Assembly (NCBI GenBank): GCA_963781035.1
Contig: CAWAEN010000015.1
Coordinates: 166,943-230,942 of the forward strand
DNA: 64,000 bases
Source: an uncultured Acidimicrobiia bacterium
GTDB taxonomy: Bacteria > Actinomycetota > Acidimicrobiia > Acidimicrobiales > SZUA-35
Reading direction: 5' to 3'
Below the pieces are notes generated by a model. The model was not told the DNA's origin, ran no database searches, and saw nothing but the letters and a program-made list of their open reading frames with translations. A program made the position numbers and the translations under genes. Below are positions 60,575 to 64,000 of this stretch, piece by piece (the stretch's first letter is position 1; the number at the start of each line of letters is the position of its first letter).

Positions 60575-63364
60575 CTAGAAGGCGTCGTCGTCTGAGGAGC
60601 TGACCGAGTCGATCGCCGATTTCACCGAACCGGTCGGCTCGACGGCGTTGGCCGCATTGGCCTTCGACGACGCAGCCTTCTTGGTCGCCTTCTTCTTGGT
60701 CGCCTTCTTCTTGGTCGCCTTCTTCTTGGTGGCCTTCTTCTTGGTGGCCTTCTTCTTTCTTCTTGGCCGGGCCCTTTGCTCGGCGATCGGCAAGCAACTC
60801 CGACGCCCGCTCGTCGGTCAGGGTCTCGATCTCGTCACCCTTGCGCAGGCTGGCGTTTGTCTCACCATCGGTGACATACGGGCCGAAGCGGCCCTCCTTG
60901 AGCACCATGGGCTTGTCGGAGGCAGGATCGATACCCATCTCCTTGAGTGGCGGCTTGGCCGCTCCCTGACCACGGCGACGCTTCGGCTGGGCCATCACCT
61001 CGACGGCCTTCGGCAGGTCGATGGTGAGCAGATCCTCCTCGACATCGAGGCTGCGGCTGTCGTTCTTGATCGTGCCGTCTTCCTGGGGAATCGCCTTCTG
61101 GATGTACGGCCCGTAGCGACCGTTGTAGGCCGTGATCTCGCCGCCGTCGGCCGGATCGGTACCGATGAGTCTCGGCAGCGTGAGGAGCTTGACGGCCTGC
61201 TCGAGCGTGATCTCGGCCGGCTCCATCGTCTTGAACAACGACGCGGTCAACGGCTTCTCACCGGTTTCGTCGTCGTGATCGCCCATCTGGACGTATGGAC
61301 CGAACCGTCCGGCCTTCACCTCGACGTCGAGGCCGGTGTCAGGGTGTTGTCCGAGGACGCGGTCGTCCTTCGGCGCCTTGATCAGTTCGAGCGCCTTCTC
61401 GAGCGTGAGATCAGCCGGCGGCAGATCTTCGGGGATCGACGCCCGGTCCTCGCCGTGTTCGAGGTAGGGCCCGTAGCGGCCGACGCGAGCCACGACGGCA
61501 ACCCCGTCCTCGTCGGCGCCGACGAGGATCGAGTTGACGGCGCGGGCGTCGATGTCGCCCAGCCGATCGTTGACCTTGTCGTGCAGCCCCGGCTCATCGC
61601 CGATGCCGAAGTAGAAGTCCCTCAGGTACGGAATGGCCTCGGCCACGCCTTCGGCAATCGAGTCGAGGTCGTCCTCCATTCTGGCCGTGAACGCGTAGTC
61701 GACCAGATCGGGGAAATGCTGTTCGAGCAGGGTGATGACGGCAAACGCCTTGAAGCTCGGGACGAGCGCCGTGCCCTTCTTCCAGACGTATTCGCGAGCT
61801 TGGATGGTGCCCATGATCGACGCGTAGGTCGACGGGCGACCGACGCGGAGTTCCTCGAGCTTCGCCACCAGCGACGCCTCGGTGTAGCGGGACGGAGGCT
61901 GTGTGTCGTGGCCGGCGGCCTCGACCGTGCCGAGCTGAGCGCGTGTCGCCCTGCTCGAGCGGAGGCAGCAACTGTTCCTTGGCATCATCGTCGTCGGCGT
62001 CTTCGTCCTTGGACTCGCGAATAGACGCTCAGGAAACCCTGATGCTTGATGACGGTGCCGGCGGTCGAGAAGACGGTGTCGCGACCGTCTGATGCGACGA
62101 CCCCGAGCCGGAGCGTCACCGTTTCACCGGTGGCGTCGGTCATCTGTGAGGCGACGGTGCGCTGCCAGATGAGTTCGTAGACCTGGCGATCCTGGGTGCT
62201 GAGCTCTCCTGCGACCTCTTCCGGCGTCCGGAAACGATCGCCGGCAGGTCGGATGGCTTCGTGAGCTTCCTGGGCGCCCTTGTCGCGGCTCTTGTACGTG
62301 CGGGGCTCGTCGGGCAGGAAATCCTTGCCGTAGCGCTCGAGGATCTGGTTGCGAGCCGCGGCGACAGCAGTCTCCGACAGCATCGTGCTGTCGGTTCGCA
62401 TGTAGGTGATGAAACCCCGTTCGTAGAGGCCCTGCGCCACTCGCATCGACTGAGCCGACGAGAGACGCAACTTCCGAGACGCCTCCTGCTGGTAGCTGGA
62501 AGTGATGAACGGAGCTGCCGGACGACGCCGATAGGGCTTGGCTTCACGCGACCGCACCTCGGCCGGGCGATTCTCGAGCGACTCGACCAGCGCAGCCGCT
62601 GCTGCTTCGTCGAGATGAACGGCGTCGGCACGGGTCAGCACTCCCTGCTGGGAGAAGTCGCGCCCGCTGGCCACACGCTTGCCCTCGACCTCGAGGAGCA
62701 TGGCGGTGAAGGACTTGTCGGCCGAATCTGCGTCGAACGTGCCCTTGAGATCCCAGTAGTTGGCCGACCGGAACGCCATGCGTTCCCGTTCACGTTCCAC
62801 GACGATCCGAGTGGCGACGCTCTGCACACGGCCGGCAGAAAGACCCTGCATCACCTTCTTCCAGAGAACCGGCGACACCTCGTACCCGTAGAGCCGGTCG
62901 AGCAGTCGTCGCGCCTCTTGGGCGTCGACCAACTGGCGGTTGAGATCGCCGGGCGAGTCGATGGCACGCTGGATGGCTTCGGGCGTGATCTCGGTGAACA
63001 CGATCCGCTTGACCGGAACCGTCGGGTTCAGCACCTCGAGCAGATGCCAGGCGATGGCCTCTCCCTCTCGATCCTTATCGGTCGCGAGCACGAGCTCGCT
63101 CGCATTCTTCATCATCGCCTTGAGCTTGCGGACCTGGTCCTTCTTCTCGGCGGTGACGATGTAGAGCGGTTTGAAGTCGTTGTCGACGTCGATGCCGAGG
63201 CGGGCCCACTTCTCGCCCTTGTGGGTCGCCGGGACATCGGCCGCATTCCGAGGGAGATCTCGGACGTGTCCGATCGACGATTCGACCATGTAGTCGTCGC
63301 CGAGATACTCCGCGAGTTTGACCGCTTTCGCCGGGCTCTCGACAATCACCAGAGGTTGTGCCAC
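60575..63364 (-). pseudogene. topA: DNA topoisomerase I with a Lys-rich repeat tail, frame-disrupted
   Basis: TOPRIM/N-part (LVIVESPAKA...ATDKDREGEAIAWH...ITYMRTDS) lies in ORF 61985..63364. The middle (TQPPSRYTEASLV...GRPSTYA) lies in ORF 60216..61988. The tail (KKKATKKKATKKK...DDDAF*) lies in ORF 60575..60793. Frames switch near 62015, 61950 and 60770. Confidence 0.93.
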
Positions 63365-63460
63365 GTCCGGCAGGGTAGGAACTCCAAACCCAAATCAGCC
63401 AGATGGTGCCGAATCAGCGAGCCGATGTCGGCAAAGGGACCGCCGGACCCAGGGCCGATC

Positions 63461-64000
63461 TCAGGCTTTGATCTCTTCGAGGTCGGGTGTCGGGGCCGGT
63501 CCCGGGACCCCTCGGAGAATCAGGAAGCCGAGCAGCGTCGCAGCGACCGAGGCCACCAACACGCCCATGGTGGCCTGTTCCCCGATGGCCGGATCCTCGA
63601 ACGCCAACGCACCGATGAACAGCGCGACGGTGAAGCCGATGCCGGCAACGGCTCCCGCTCCGAGAATGTGGCGCGACGTGAGGCCTGGCGGAAGCTCGAC
63701 CGAGGTGAAGCGGATGGCCAGAACGGAGGCCAGCCAGATACCGACCGGTTTGCCCACCACGAGACCGGCGACCACACCGAGCGCAACCCGAGAGGTGACT
63801 GCGTCGGCCACTGCCTCACCGGACAACGTCACCCCGGCGTTGGCCAGGGCGAAGATCGGGATGATGACGAAGCTCGTCCACGGGGCGAGCACACCGATCA
63901 GCCTCCCGGTGACGGGGACCGACTCCCGGATCTTCCATCCGGCGTTGCGCAGATCGGTCGAGGTGGCGGTGTCGCCCGACATGAAGTCCTCGACCCATTC
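63461..64000 (-). CDS. nhaA: Na+/H+ antiporter NhaA (C-terminal part; gene runs off the window end)
   Basis: APWTSFVIIPIFALANAGV...GKPVGIWLAS...ILGAGAVAGIGFTVALFI. There is no stop between 63982 and 64000. Confidence 0.85.
   Translation of the reverse strand, partial: EWVEDFMSGDTATSTDLRNAGWKIRESVPVTGRLIGVLAPWTSFVIIPIFALANAGVTLSGEAVADAVTSRVALGVVAGLVVGKPVGIWLASVLAIRFTSVELPPGLTSRHILGAGAVAGIGFTVALFIGALAFEDPAIGEQATMGVLVASVAATLLGFLILRGVPGPAPTPDLEEIKA

Overview
Dense, mostly housekeeping chromosome from a high-GC actinobacterium. The gene order rlmB-ispF-ispD, disA-radA, clpC, lysS, folK-folB-folP, tilS, sigH-rsrA, holB-tmk-topA parallels the conserved mycobacterial/streptomycete core. HemQ, PAC2, F420-type LLM oxidoreductases and an LppM-like domain fit that phylum. 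I support about 60 protein genes, two tRNA-Thr genes, a perfect CIRCE operator before a stand-alone groEL, two identical LexA/SOS boxes, a ~60-bp palindromic intergenic repeat family and several short tandem repeats. There is no rRNA, CRISPR array, transposase, integrase or prophage gene. The main caveat is that at least 20 genes, including essential ones (clpC, topA, radA, folP, folK, glnD), are split across reading frames by about 30 apparent indels. I read this as assembly or sequencing error rather than gene decay, so 'pseudogene' here means only 'frame-disrupted as given'. Most interesting loci: (1) an accessory insertion between clpC and lysS holding a MacS/NarL-type two-component system, an FHA-2TM protein with two degenerate FtsK/EssC-like P-loop domains, and a translationally coupled TM-BON-OmpA protein; (2) a LexA box directly before an unannotated 63-codon ORF and a tyrosine phosphatase; (3) a phosphatase-fold protein with a degenerate active site inserted in the folate operon; (4) the palindromic repeat family, two copies of which bracket a two-gene cassette; (5) an unusually long structured region upstream of groEL. 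None of these is demonstrably a new system from sequence alone.
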